From Mesotaenium endlicherianum (Eukaryota), in contig WELA01003638.1 of NCBI GenBank assembly GCA_009602735.1, forward strand, positions 138,925-202,924: a stretch of DNA of 64,000 nucleotides. Direction: 5' to 3'. The notes below the pieces were generated by a model. That model worked only from the letters and a program-made list of their open reading frames with translations. It did no database searches and was not told the DNA's origin. The position numbers and the translations under genes were made by a program. Positions 41,501 through 54,286 of the stretch are shown piece after piece. How positions within the stretch are numbered: position 1 is the stretch's first letter; each line of letters opens with the position of its first letter.

Positions 41501-44500
41501 CTATCGGCACACAGAAGACCAACTACCAGAGGCCTACAGGAGCCCACACCGTCGCCGTCCATTAGCCGGTACTTTCAGTCGAGCGAGCTAGCGTGGTATT
41601 ATGCCCTCGGCTTGAATGGCCAGCGAAGCGCAGTTTTTGCGCAAAGCAAAGCAATCCAGAGGGGGAAATGAACACTCACTGATAGGTTCTGGAATGAACC
41701 TTAACTGAGGTAGAATGTGTTCTGAAAGTACCACGACAAACTCTCATCATGGAGAGGGTCAACCTGCTGTTCTGTAGAACCACACATGATTGGGCACGTT
41801 GGCATCAAGATCCAGCACTGCTGCAGGGAGGCAGTGCCAGCGCCTGAAATCAAGGACGCCAAGACACCCTGACAATGAGAGGTCCCAATGCAGGCACTGA
41901 CTACAGGCAAGTAGTCAGTAAGTGTGGAGGTGCATGCAGGAGGAAGTGCGTGCAAGGAAGACTGCAGGACCTTCAGGGCGCAAACTCATTCATGAGAGCT
42001 TCAGCCAGACTGTTGAGAGGGACAGAGGAGGGGGCCGGGCTGAGATGGGGAGTCTATGCATGTGCGTCTCTGTGTGTGTGTAAGGTGTGTATGTGTGTGT
42101 GTGTGCGTGTGTGAGTGTGTGTATGTGCGTGTGTGTGTGTGTGTGTGTGTGTGGTGCGAGTCGTGCCTGCAATCTCCTGAGCGCATGTCTTGATCCAGGC
42201 CTGGCAGGCCTCCTGGACGGCACGTCCCTCCAGGGGACACACAGACGTTTCCAGGTGCTCCCTGTGCTGCTTCCAGAGCTCCACCTCCTGCTCCGGGTTC
42301 GGTATCCCCCCAAAGAGCTGCGAACCAGGTGGCGCTGAGAGTACAGTCCGGAACAGGAGGGGCATGTGGCCGGAGGAAACTTCCAAAAAGAGTTCCCCTG
42401 CATGGCAGAGCGACATTTGGAGCAGGGAGATGAGCCGGCAGAGGACGCCGGAGACGGTCGGGACGCCCAGGGACGAGCCTTGCTGCGGCGGGGAGAGAGG
42501 GACAGCTGGCGCCGCCGTGCTTTGCGCAGCCATCCGCAGCTGCGCTCGGAGCCACGCTCTCCTGGAGTCCAAGAAAAGCGTCAAAATCTTGTCCGATGGC
42601 AGGTTGTCAATGATGGCTGCAGCAGACAGCGCCACCGCGTACTCGCCCACGCTCAGGTCCACCTCCTGCAGCCTCTCCCTGCTCTTCTGCGAAATCTGCA
42701 GAGTAGAGCATAGGAGAACAGAGCAGGGCAGAGCAGAGCATAAGGAGGAGCAGGCAGCAGCTGCAGCACAGCGGCCCTCCTCGGCGTCAGCCAGCAGCTC
42801 TGCGGCTCTACTGTGGCGAGGGCTGAGAGGGGCAATAGCACGACCACTATTGGGCAATCCACAGAGAGTGAGCTTCTTCTGGACTCAGCTAGATGTTTAC
42901 CGTGGGTGCTATGCATGCATCCAAAGTGTTCACTGCAGTTGCACGAGCACAGCAATAAGAAATGAGCAAACCGGCAGGCAGAGCTGGCTCTGCAAGCCAG
43001 GCGCGCGCTCTCACCTGATCCCTGAAGCCTTGCACGAGCGGCCACTGGTGACCGAGGAGGGGAAAGGATGCCAGGAGCTCCTTCTGCTCCCCCCGGCTGG
43101 GCGCCGTGAGGAGCGTGTGCACCTCCCTGGCCCTCATGAAGCGCTCCGCGCCCTCCAGGTACATGTGCTCGTCCAGGCACCCCCAGATCTTCTCCGGCGT
43201 GTCCACCAGGTACTTCACTCGGCTGCCCAGCCCAAAGAGCTTCTCGCGCCCCTGCACGCATCGAGAGCGACCCACCATTAGGAGTACTTGCCAGTGGCGT
43301 CATCAAGTGCTGGATGGATGATCAGATGCAGGGGGGGGCACGCGACAGGCTATGCTTTTCAAGCTGCTGAAGACATGCCGTGGAGGCTAGTACGTGGCTC
43401 TATCACTGCGTGATCAGCCAGAGGAACGGCAGCAGAAAGCGCTACGTGCGTCTGTTAAGCTGGCCCTCAGCGTGACAATAGTGCAAATATGCTATGCGCA
43501 GCTGCTTGCATCTTACAGCCACAGTCGAAGCGGAGGTGCTCTCTTTTTTTTTCTTTCTCTTTATAACACCATACTACAAGACCACAACGCACAAATAATG
43601 CTTGACTACACCGAGTCAGCAAGACGGACCTTTGCCCTGGTGCCTAGACTTTCACCGGCAACTCTTGGTCAGAGTGACAGTACAACAACCCACAGTCATG
43701 TAATTTGGAGCGCTAATTTGAAGCACTTAAAAGCGCATCGCGATAGTTTTGCGTGGTTCAGGTAACTTGGAAATGAGAGTCAAGGAGGTCCCACTTCCGC
43801 CAGCGGGCAATGCCAAGGGCTCCTACTTCTTCCTTCATTTCATGCAGTGATACATTTGCAAAGACAAAGAACAGAGAACCACTTCGTGCATAAGCTGCAA
43901 GTGCATCAGGGAAGGCATGGAGGGTGACGCGTGAAGGAAGGCAAGAGGCGCTTACGATACGCGCTTCTGTAGCACCAGGTGCAACTGCAGCAGACGCGAG
44001 GCTCCTGTGAAGTGATGCAAACCCGTCCTCCATAGCTGCAATATTCTTCACCACTGCTTCACATGACCTGGAGTCGCCAGATGCTCAACAGCAGGTGAAG
44101 ATGTGCGCAGGAAGTCAGTATTTGCACTATCACAATTAGAGCCGCACAACTATTCGAGACGTGCTCGGGATCAAAGTGCCCGGGGATTAAGAGAAGGGTT
44201 GTCAGTGTCTCCAGGTTTGGAAGGTAGTAGTTGAGGAACAACTGAGGAACCTTGTAGACACCCTATGACTACTCCATTGTTCAGCTCGTGCCTGCCATAC
44301 ATCCTCACACGTACCCCTTTAACATGTGGGCAATTGTCCCTGCAGGAGAAGTCCTACAGGTAAACAGAATGCACCACTGAATTCAAACTCTGTAAGCCGC
44401 ACATCTGCTACTAAGATCAACGAAGGACCTCGATGCGAACTTTAAAGTACTTCACCAGCATACTCCCCCTAACTGCCAACACTGACCCCTCGCCATCTTA

Positions 44501-45277
44501 CATATGTTTGCAAGAGACATACCTATGCCTAAACATGGAGCCTATGCCTGAACATGGTGTATTTTATCACCCGGACATGAGGTGCTATAGGAGCTTTGAG
44601 ACAGACTACGATGTCTAAACCTTAGAACCATTTTGGCGACTGCACCTCCACCTCGTTCAGAAGCCTCACAGGCCCACGAGAAAATATGAGGAATGTTTTT
44701 CCGAACCAAGGAAAAGATATTACTAGTGCACTCTCAGCTACATGATGTGGACGATGCTCTTACTTCAACAGACTACTATGGGGCAGCTTTGCTTGCAAAT
44801 TGTCAACATGACTTTCATTGCACTCAACTTCTATTCAACATTATTTAGTCTGAAGCCTTATGCATACGTCCTTGAAATGTGCTGATAGCCATCGCCTACT
44901 ATACTATTTAAGAGTGTGGACCAACTACTTCTCGCAGCAAGGTACAAATTTGTGCTTAGGACCAGTTCCTACTGTAGCACCATTCATTGTGCTCATCTCT
45001 AAAGACAATCAGATTGATGGAATTGTCCATGAGCTGTCTTGGTGAACCATAATCCCGTATACCTTCGCATGGCAAGAATTGAATCGGCTGACTCAATGAG
45101 GTCTCTATAGCTGGCCCCCACCAGTTGGCGGAGCTCCTCTTTCTTCTCCTCAATATCTTCCCGCGTCCTCGATTCCACTTCTCTAATATCAGCAATAGTT
45201 CGAGTTTCAAACAAGACCTCTGCATTTCGAGCATTGGCATCCTCATTGCTCTTTTGTTGAAATCTCCCACCTCTCAT
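35545..45277 (-). CDS. COG1: Conserved oligomeric Golgi complex subunit 1 (Vps51/Vps67-type N-terminus), ~12 exons
   Basis: N-terminal AEVLFETRTIADIREVE...KKEELRQLVGASYRDLIESADSI; GSRVKYLVDTPEKIWGCLDE; SQLFGGIPNPEQEVELWK; MSLPAMPSP; LQLLFDLRFL; RLDPIDWAT|YE.YLW.NE.RYYQR; C-terminal KLGSIVTDGQVG...STLGDMLP. All resemble plant COG1. Confidence 0.92.
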
Positions 45278-47370
45278 TATTGAAGGAAACGTTTAACTTC
45301 AGTGCCCACGAGTTAGGGCCAAAGAAGAAGTGGTTCAACAACTGCCCTCATCAGTCTACAAATCTAACTAACCAAGAGTTAGACAAGGCGCAGTTTGACT
45401 CCTGACATACACTTCAAATCCTGAAAGATTTTGGTACTTGAAATCGCTATGATACGAAGAACCGTAAATAAGTAAGCACCGTTTAAGAGTGACATACGCA
45501 GATTGTGTAGCCTTGCGAGGAGCCTGCAACTCTATACATGACTAATGACTTAACTACACGCGATCAAGGTCATCCATAACCATTCTATATGATCACGACC
45601 GGAAAATTAATATTAGACCGGTAATCCAACACTTCATCACAGTGTCATGTTCAGAGTAAAGACGACATGATCATACTTCCATGATGGTGCACTGTGACAT
45701 ACGAGTGAGCAGCACAAATCGCATTAGACAGGTAGTAGGATACTGTCGTACAGACGAACTGTTCAACAATCGTCGTGACTGAAGATTAAAGTCACCCACT
45801 TAGCCCTGGTCATTAAAGCATTAAAGAGATTCAAGCGTGTACATTAAGCTGAAAAAATGCCGATCCGGAAAGCTGTCGCGATTTAAAGCTCACTAGACGG
45901 TGCGACATGCGTGGCGTAAGACATGGCGCATCCAAGTACGGGCGGTGGACCATTTACTCACCGACCAATCCGAGAAGAATGTAAAAGTCAGCGCTGGGCA
46001 CGAGTCCAGCGTGTCATGCCTGTAGCATGACTACTCATAAATCCGTTTAATCCCGAGAACCAATTATGGGTGGGGATCCTAGTTATGGAAAACGTGCGTT
46101 TTAGGTCGCTTTTAGGTGTCGGTTATACGTGTAAAAACGTCGTATTTTCTAAATACGTGTAAACGCCTTTTGATTCGACTATATGGTCGACCACGGTCTA
46201 TTCAACCATCGGTTTTGGTCTTTAATACATTTAACACACGGAAAGATTTGTTTCACGTCCACGTAGGCGTCGAATCGACAACCGTGCACGTACGCTGCAA
46301 ACATGTCAGCGGGTCTGCACGTTCGTTGGAAGTTTCAAAAAAAATATCGATACAGATTGATACTACACCCTCGTACATACACGTCGACTAATATTGTCAC
46401 ACGTGGACTAACATTGTCGACGTACAGTGTAGGCTGTTACCCCAAGGTACCCTACTTGTACAATCTGTTTATGTCAAATGCTAACAAACTTGTGCTTCAT
46501 TGATATGGAAATTTAGAAACACAACAACATATCCATTTCAATTTGTGAAGAGGGAGGCTGAAGCAACCATGGCACATGAAGCAACAATTTAACACCACTC
46601 CCTGACAAACGGTATAAGGTTTGTAGAATATTACATCGTGGTATACCACCAATTCACAGGTACACCAGAAAAATGTATTATGTGACTTTCATTCTTTCTC
46701 TCAAAAATTTATGATGGCTCTCTTCATTTGAGTATAAACAAACATCATGCTCTCGTTCTGCTTTTATTTGTCTATTTTGATTACTTCTGGCGCTGCTCGT
46801 CAGTTGTAACTTATTTGTGCACAATAATGAACACATATGACATACTCCACTTTCTCATAATTTGGGGAAAGATGTAGGCTGCAGCCAGAAAGACAGCGAG
46901 AAGAGAAGTATGTGCATGCTTATACAATACAAGTATACTAAAGAACAAACATGTTCACAATTGCCATCCAACATATACAATGACAATAACCTTCTCATTT
47001 TGTCCAAAACTTAGTTTCGACATCACTCTAGTGCCAAGCTTCAAGCTCTACTTGTGCATTTAAAACAATTGTCAATAAGTGCGATGTACACAAGGACATA
47101 CATAATATAAAGTAGTGTTGCACTGTTACTCTAAAACATACTTTGCATCATTCACAATCACATACATGATACATCATGCTAAGGCTCATGAAGCAAGAAT
47201 ATGAAAGGAGCAATTATGATATCTAAAAATGTACAAAGCGCAAGGTAAATTTATTAGGCACAACTTAATTAGCATTCAGGCTCTTCCATCTCTTCCTCTA
47301 CTGGCACATCCTCTTGCTCCTTCTCTGACTCAACCAGCTCCTCTTCAAAAATCGGTGCAATATGCCTGCC

Positions 47371-47417
47371 TGAAATGAATCGACTTACCAATGAGCGATT
47401 AACAATTAATGAAGATC
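47371..47417 (-). mobile_element. 3' (U5) end fragment of a family B LTR, interrupted by the family A LTR
   Basis: tgaaatgaatcgacttacc...cgattaacaattaat.aagatc is the reverse complement of the family B LTR end seen at 49945 and 56901. Confidence 0.85.
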
Positions 47418-48156
47418 TGAAAGGGGCAATGTGCCCTAGTGGAAGCGTAGTGACTCACGAGGAAAGGAACTAGTTGCCATCATACTAGAGAGTGCAGTGG
47501 CATATCACTAACAAAGCTTAGGAAAAATACTCAACATCTTGAGTAGCAAGAAACTGCTCACAAATGATGTAGGATTAAAGGTCTTGTCATTGCAAACCCG
47601 TAGAAATTTACAGAAGTGAAAACTGATAAGAAACAAAGAAGTTATTCCTATTTATGATTTTCTGCCTAAGTGCTCCTCTCTAGGAGGAGGCTACGGATTT
47701 TCTTAAGTGTTCGTCAAATCGTTCCTTGCAGAATATTCGTGAGTAAGCCAGATCAGTCTAATCTGACGAGCCGGGCCGAATTGACGTCCACATACATGCA
47801 TCGACATTACTAGAATATCTTAGACGCGCTAGGCTAAACCGAAACTTCCAGGTAAATCGACCTAGTGGGCACTCCGCGTCAGCCGAACTTACGTGAAGGT
47901 TCAAGTTCATTCTAACGGCCCAGATCGCTCGACGCTGTCGGTCAATCCGACGGTCGCGCTCACCGCGAATTAAGGACAGTCGTCAACCGACCTCAAAACT
48001 AATTAAATTTCGGAAATCCATAACTCTCTCAATACTTGACCAAATTCGATGAACTTTATATCAAAATGATCACAAAAATGCATTCTACACTACTATACAA
48101 TCAAAACATACTTTCATAAAATTCAAAAATGCACTTTATAAACCTATGACCTTACA
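47418..48156 (-). mobile_element. 3' LTR of family A chromovirus (739 bp, TG...CA)
   Basis: On the minus strand it starts TGTAAGGTCATAGG at 48156, directly after the PPT GAAGAGGGGGATGA, and ends GCCCCTTTCA at 47418. A closely similar copy lies at 48727-49271 plus 56902-56985. Confidence 0.9.
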
Positions 48157-48726
48157 TCATCCCCCTCTTCAAGATGCGACGTCCTCGACGCATTCTGCAG
48201 ATAACGTCTCAACTTACTCTTACAATGAGCCAAGTTGGCCTCCAGCTCCCAAGTGTTGTCGTCCGCATGGTAGCCCCTTCCACTTGACCAGATACTCTTG
48301 GACAAATTGTTGACCACGCTTAACTCGTCGATCGCCGACAATTGCCTCCACTTCATACTCCAATACATCATCGACCTCGACCGGTGGTGGCGGTGTAGGT
48401 AATCGTCCTGGATGTCCTTCATTTGGGTCAACGTATGGCCGCAAACAACTGACATGGAACACATCATGGATACGCCAGCCTGAAGAAAGTTTCAACTTGT
48501 AGGCCACTGGATTAACCTGCTTGAGCACCACAAAGGGACCTGTGAACCGTGCCCTCAGTTTCCTCTTGCCTGTGAAAGGTAGGTTCTCTGTTAACAAGAG
48601 TACTTTGCCGCCCACATGGAATGTCACTTCCCTCCTGTGCTTGTTAGCATGCTTGACCTGTTCCTCCTGTGCCTTTCGAATACACGTCTTTGCCATATCC
48701 CACGTGTTGGCCATCTACTCCATAAA
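48144..48726 (-). pseudogene. Family A pol C-terminus: integrase GPF module and chromodomain, frameshifted, reading through the PPT into the LTR
   Basis: KLRARFTGPFVV...AYKLKL...IHDVFHVSCL; YEVEAIVGDR...YLVKWKG / YHADDNTWE...HLEEGDDVRS*. Confidence 0.9.
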
Positions 48727-49946
48727 TGTAAGGTCATAGGATTATAAAGTGCATATTTGAGTTTCATAAAAGTATGTTTTGATTGTATAGTAGTGTAGAG
48801 TGCATTTTTGTGGTCATTTTGATATAAAGTTCATCGAATTTGGTCAAGTATTGAGAGAGTTATGGATTTCCGAAGTTTAATTAGTTTTGAGGTCGGTTGA
48901 CGACTGTCCTTAATTCGCGGTGAGCGCGACCGTCGGATTGACCGACAGCGTCGAGCGATCTGGCCCGTTAGAATGAACTCGAACCTTCACGTAAGTACGG
49001 CTGACGCGGAGTGCCGACTAGGTCGATTTACCTAGAAGTTTCGGTTTAGCCTAGCGCGTCTAAGATAAGATATTCTAGTAATGTCGATGCATGTATGTGG
49101 ACGTCAATTCGGCCCGGCACGTCGGGTTAGACTGATCTGGCTTACTCACGAATATTCTGGAAGGGACGATTTGACGAACACTTAGGAAAATCCGTAGCTT
49201 CCTCCTACGGAGGAGCACTTAGGCAGAAAATTATAAATAGGCATAACTTCTTTGTTTCTTATCAGTTTTCANNNNNNNNNNNNNNNNNNNNNNNNNNNNN
49301 NNNNNNNNNNNNNNNNNNNNNNNNNNNNNNNNNNNNNNNNNNNNNNNNNNNNNNNNNNNNNNNNNNNNNNNNNNNNNNNNNNNNNNNNNNNNNNNNNNNN
49401 NNNNNNNNNNNNNNNNNNNNNNNNNNNNNNNNNNNNNNNNNNNNNNNNNNNNNNNNNNNNNNNNNNNNNNNNNNNNNNNNNNNNNNNNNNNNNNNNNNNN
49501 NNNNNNNNNNNNNNNNNNNNNNNNNNNNNNNNNNNNNNNNNNNNNNNNNNNNNNNNNNNNNNNNNNNNNNNNNNNNNNNNNNNNNNNNNNNNNNNNNNNN
49601 NNNNNNNNNNNNNNNNNNNNNNNNNNNNNNNNNNNNNNNNNNNNNNNNNNNNNNNNNNNNNNNNNNNNNNNNNNNNNNNNNNNNNNNNNNNNNNNNNNNN
49701 NNNNNNNNNNNNNNNNNNNNNNNNNNNNNNNNNNNNNNNNNNNNNNNNNNNNNNNNNNNNNNNNNNNNNNNNNNNNNNNNNNNNNNNNNNNNNNNNNNNN
49801 NNNNNNNNNNNNNNNNNNNNNNNNNNNNNNNNNNNNNNNNNNNNNNNNNNNNNNNNNNNNNNNNNNNNNNNNNNNNNAGATTACTTGCTGATATAAAGAT
49901 CTTTATTAATTGTTAATCGCCTATCGGGTAAGACGATTCATTTCAG

Positions 49947-49958
49947 TGGTCTCGGAGC
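49947..49958 (+). promoter_or_regulatory. Primer-binding site, initiator-Met-like
   Basis: TGGTCTCGGAGC begins 1 nt after the LTR end. It differs at two positions from the plant tRNA-iMet PBS TGGTATCAGAGC. Confidence 0.65.
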
Positions 49959-49979
49959 AGTTATCACAGTCTTCTTTGT

Positions 49980-50790
49980 ATGGTAAGGACAAGGTCTCAA
50001 ACTAGCAACTCCCGAGACATGGAGAACCAGGATAACGAGAATGTCGAAAACCAGGCGGAAAGCCATGTAGCGGGAAACCGTACCTATTCGGAAGCAGTAG
50101 CAGATACTGCAGCTAGAATCGCTGCAGATGCGGCAACTGCTATTGCCTCAGTCGCAGCTCAGCAAGCTGAGGAGGAGATAGCCAGACTAGAAGCTGAACA
50201 AGTAGCAAAGGCCGCTGAAGATATACAAAGGAGGGAAGGACAGCCAGCTGACGAGCGCACTGTTGAAGAACTTATGGCATCAAGGGCCAATGTTCTGAAC
50301 CCACCTCCTGCCGTACAACTCAATGTACCCCTAGGTCAAGTACGTGACCGGCTGAATGCGGCAGGAATTGCTGCTGCAAGAGCAAGAGGGATTGTTGGGG
50401 ACACTACTCAGCGAGTAGATGCCAATGCTGCTGCTGCATTTGCTAATCTACCACCCCAAAATGTAGACTTGGGAGCATTGTTCGTTCAGATGCAGTCGCA
50501 AATGGCGACCATGTATCAGTCCCAGCAGGAGGACAAAAGAATCATAATGTCCCTACTCCGGGACAGAGACCAACTGGGGTCTCACACCACTAGTGGTGGT
50601 GGCCGAGGGCCTAGTAAGCCCAAGCCGAAACCTCCCCAGGACTATGATCCTGAGGGAAACAGAAAATATTACCTGATCAAGTTTCTCGCGGATGTTGAGC
50701 AGTGGCTGGAGAACTACCCAGAACTGCAAGATCACGAGAAGGTCAGGCACACCGGTGCGCTACTGAAAGGCAGTGCCGCAGACTGGTGGC
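49980..50790 (+). CDS. gag: Family B gag, N-terminal part, cut by a single-N assembly join at 50791
   Basis: ORF starts right after the PBS. KPKPPQDYD...FLADVEQW...KVRHTGALLKGSAADWW is a Retrotrans_gag-like motif. Confidence 0.8.
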
Positions 50791-50791
50791 N

Positions 50792-53700
50792 GCTGGAAGA
50801 GGTACAGTTAAAGTGAGAGGAGCCAGTGATGGGCAGACTGACTTGGCACCCACCAGTGCTCTTCCTCTTGTCCTGTGTGGATGGCAAATGAAGGAAAAGA
50901 AGAGGCTTCCAGAAGGATGCAAGTTGCTGAATGCAATGGAGTTCGTCAAAAGCTGGAACCAGAAGGAAGACAGAATGTTCTGTCTGCTGCTAAGAGAGGT
51001 ACCTCCTCAACCTGAAGAAGTGGTTGAGAAAAAGGTAAGCCCTCCGGAGCACCCTACTGCTGCAAAAATTGTTGCTCAGTACACTGATGTGTTTAACATG
51101 CCTCCAGGACTACCCCCTAAAAGGGAAGTAGATCATAGGATTGATCTATTACCTGGTAGCCAGCCACCCTGGCAACGCACTTATGGCTTGTCTTATTTGG
51201 AGAGCGAGGAGTTGAAAACACAGATTGCAGAGCTGGAGGAAAATGGTTACATTTCTCCCAGTAAATCACCGTACGGCGCACCTATCCTATTTGTTAAGAA
51301 AAAGGATGGCAGTATGCGGATGTGTGTGGATTACAGAGCCCTGAACAGAATTACAGTAAAGAACAAGTATGCTTTACCCAGAATCGAGGACTTGCTTGAT
51401 ACCCTGTCTGGCGCTAAGGTGTTCAGTAAGATAGATCTCAAGAGTGGTTATCATCAAATCAGAATTGCTGAGGGGGATGAACACAAGACTGCTTTCCGCA
51501 CACGTTATGGACACTATGAGTTCAACGTGATGCCATTTGGACTGACTAATGCTCCTGCTACCTTTATGGGTGCTATGAATGACATTTTCAGACCTTATTT
51601 GGATAAGTTTGTGCAAGTTTTCCTGGATGATATTTTAATTTTCTCTAAAGATGAAGCTCAGCACACTGAACACTTAAAGAAAGTGCTGGACACTCTGCGG
51701 AAAAATCACTTGTATGCTAAAATGAGCAAGTGTGATTTCTTTAAGGAAAGTATTGAATTCTTAGGCCACGTTGTCAGTAAAGAGGGCATCAGTGTGGATC
51801 CTAAGAAAGTCCAGACCATAAGGGACTGGCCAGTACCACAGTCTGTCTCTGAAGTTAGATCCTTCCTCGGGTTGGCTAACTACTATAGGAGATTTATTGA
51901 GAATTATTCCACAAAGGCCAGTAAACTGACTGACCTTACTAAGAAAGACATCGGGTATGTGTGGGGGGAAGAGCAGCAGGCTGCCTTCCAGACCCTTAAA
52001 GATGCCCTTTGTTCTGCCCCAGTGCTAGCCGTGTATGACCCCAGCAAACCGGTGCAGGTGGTTACTGATGCCTCTGATTTTGCCATGGGTGCTATTTTGT
52101 TGCAGCCTGCTGACAAAACCACAAAGGATGGTAAGGTACGGCAGGAGTGGCATCCTGTGTTGTATGAGTCTATGAAATTTAATCCAGCGGAGATTAATTA
52201 CTCAGTGCATGATAAAGAGCTGCTAGCTATCATTCATGTACTCAAACAGTGGAGAGCATACTTACATGGTAAAGCTTTTAAGGTGATTACAGATCATCTA
52301 GCTCTGACCCACTTTCAGAAGAAGTCCAAGCTGTCGAGGAGGGAGAACCGCTGGAGCCAGATGCTGGAGCAGTTCCAAGTCCAGATCGACTACAAACCAG
52401 GGAAGTTGAATCCTGCTGATGCACTCTCTAGAAGACCTGACTTGCAAGAAAGGAACTTTAGTCAGCATGCTGTAGATAAAGTCCTGTGTGCACTCACTTC
52501 ACTAAAGGTGAAAAAGTCCTTCCTTGAACAACTTAGGAAAGCCTACCTTTCTGACCCAACATTTGAGCCCAGCCCCACTACTGGTGTGTGTCGTGCTACT
52601 GCACTCGGGTATAAGCTCAAGGGAGGGGTCTGGGTGACTGAAACCACTTCAGGCAGGCTGAAGCTGGTCATTCCTAATAACTTGGAAATAAGGTCTCTCT
52701 TACTGAGTCAAGCTCATGACAGTCTCCTGGGTGGACATTTGGGGCAGGCCAAAACTGTTGGCAAACTGGCAAAACATTATCATTGGGAGGGGTTACCCCG
52801 GGAGGTCTTGAAATATGTCAAGTCCTGTGACCAGTGTCAGAGAAATAAGTCTCGGCACACACCACCCGGAGGTCTCTTGCAACCGCTACCCATCCCAGCG
52901 GGACGCTGGGAAACTATATCCATGGACTGGGTGGTCTCACTACCAAGAACTGCCAACGGGCATGATTCAATACTGGTAGTCGTGGATAAACTGACAAAAA
53001 TGGTCATTTTTATCCCCACAACTGTCAAAGTGACTGCACTCGAAACAGCGAGACAGTTTTACAACCATGTAGTATGCCAACATGGGCTCCCTTCTAATAT
53101 CATCTCAGACAGAGACTCAAAATTCACCTCTAAGTTCTGGAGAGCTTTAATGGGGTTAATGGGAGTCAAACAGCTGCTCAGCACAGCAAACCACCCTCAG
53201 ACTGATGGGCAGACTGAAAGAACTAACCGAGTTCTGCAGGAGGTGCTGAGAGCATATATTAACCAAAAACAAGATAATTGGGATGACCTGTTGCCTCAAA
53301 TTCAGTTTGCGGTCAACAGTGCGGTGCACGCGTCAACGGGCAAAACTCCTTTTGAACTCAGCCTGGGTAGAGTCCCTAAGTCTCCTCTAGATGTGCTAGG
53401 GGAATCTTTAACTCACCCTGAAGGGATTGACAACCCGGTCTCCCTCCAGTTAACTCAGGAGTTTGCTGACACCCTGTCAGAAGTCCAACGAAACTTGCAC
53501 ACGGCCCAAGAAAACCAACAAAAATACGCTAATCAACACCGTCGGGAACTGACATTTTCCAAGGGGGATTTAGTCAAACTGCATTCTCAGCACCTGTACC
53601 TCCCTGGTGTGGTCAAGAAAAAGCTTGGCCCTGTCTGGGTCGGTCCATATTCGGTGGTCCGTCGTGTCGGTCAGAATGCTTACAAACTGAACATGTCAGC

Positions 53701-54019
53701 TGAATACAAGGGGCACCCGGTCTTTAATGTCTCCTTCCTGGAACCGTACATCAAAGGTGATACACTGTTCACAGGTCGGTTCCCTGTCCAACCGGGACCG
53801 GTCCCCGCTGTCCGGGACGGCGACCCTGAGGAATATGAGGTCGATGAGATTTTAGACGCTCGCTCGGTCCGTCGATCGTCTAAATATGTCATGAAATACC
53901 TCATTCGATGGAAGGGTTACGATGCCTCTGGGGACACTTGGGAGTTTAAGGACCACTTGACCAATGCCAAAGGGGCGTTGACACGGTTCCACCTTCGGGC
54001 CGCTGGAGTCCCTCCATAA
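50792..54019 (+). CDS. pol: Family B pol: RT, RNase H, integrase, GPY/F module, chromodomain; intact frame; protease not seen (probably lost at the N join)
   Basis: [56 protein letters not shown] (AHDSLLGGH...CDQC); [36 protein letters not shown]...YLIRWKGY...DTWE. Confidence 0.96.
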   Translation, partial: AGRGTVKVRGASDGQTDLAPTSALPLVLCGWQMKEKKRLPEGCKLLNAMEFVKSWNQKEDRMFCLLLREVPPQPEEVVEKKVSPPEHPTAAKIVAQYTDVFNMPPGLPPKREVDHRIDLLPGSQPPWQRTYGLSYLESEELKTQIAELEENGYISPSKSPYGAPILFVKKKDGSMRMCVDYRALNRITVKNKYALPRIEDLLDTLSGAKVFSKIDLKSGYHQIRIAEGDEHKTAFRTRYGHYEFNVMPFGLTNAPATFMGAMNDIFRPYLDKFVQVFLDDILIFSKDEAQHTEHLKKVLDTLRKNHLYAKMSKCDFFKESIEFLGHVVSKEGISVDPKKVQTIRDWPVPQSVSEVRSFLGLANYYRRFIENYSTKASKLTDLTKKDIGYVWGEEQQAAFQTLKDALCSAPVLAVYDPSKPVQVVTDASDFAMGAILLQPADKTTKDGKVRQEWHPVLYESMKFNPAEINYSVHDKELLAIIHVLKQWRAYLHGKAFKVITDHLALTHFQKKSKLSRRENRWSQMLEQFQVQIDYKPGKLNPADALSRRPDLQERNFSQHAVDKVLCALTSLKVKKSFLEQLRKAYLSDPTFEPSPTTGVCRATALGYKLKGGVWVTETTSGRLKLVIPNNLEIRSLLLSQAHDSLLGGHLGQAKTVGKLAKHYHWEGLPREVLKYVKSCDQCQRNKSRHTPPGGLLQPLPIPAGRWETISMDWVVSLPRTANGHDSILVVVDKLTKMVIFIPTTVKVTALETARQFYNHVVCQHGLPSNIISDRDSKFTSKFWRALMGLMGVKQLLSTANHPQTDGQTERTNRVLQEVLRAYINQKQDNWDDLLPQIQFAVNSAVHASTGKTPFELSLGRVPKSPLDVLGESLTHPEGIDNPVSLQLTQEFADTLSEVQRNLHTAQENQQKYANQHRRELTFSKGDLVKLHSQHLYLPGVVKKKLGPVWVGPYSVVRRVGQNAYKLNMSAEYKGHPVFNVSFLEPYIKGDTLFTGRFPVQPGPVPAVRDGDPEEYEVDEILDARSVRRSSKYVMKYLIRWKGYDASGDTWEFKDHLTNAKGALTRFHLRAAGVPP

Positions 54020-54286
54020 CTGTCATTTCAGTTGACACGGGAAGGTGACAGGCGGTCCTGTCTCCATTTAAGTTGGAGGGGAAAATATATGACAGTTAGT
54101 GAGCGAGAGCGATAAAAACACACTCATACGTTTATGTGTAGCGCATCGCAACTACGTCAACTTTTAGCAATCATCCTGTAAGGTAAACTGCAGCGAAGTC
54201 ACTATACTAAATACTAACATACTTCCTGCAATCCCTATGACAAAGGTCCATATCCTACTAACTTGTGCCCTGGTTACATGTGCAGG

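Noticed and set aside
39169..43321. Long plus-strand ORFs (e.g. 42190-43281, 40560-41246)
   Set aside because: Antisense shadows of GC-rich COG1 exons or gap-spanning frames, with no recognisable motifs.
47617..49271. ~540-bp inverted repeat pair that looks like the TIRs of a DNA transposon
   Set aside because: Both arms are family A LTRs (TG start, PPT, TSD) in opposite orientation as a result of nested insertion.
49980..49988. Donor ATG|GTAAGG at the gag start as the ORF3 splice donor
   Set aside because: Joining it to 54286 would put the gag ATG out of frame with ORF3.
50702..50816. Programmed gag-pol frameshift, or a protease-less element
   Set aside because: The frame change coincides with a single N at 50791, most likely a collapsed assembly gap hiding the gag C-terminus and protease.
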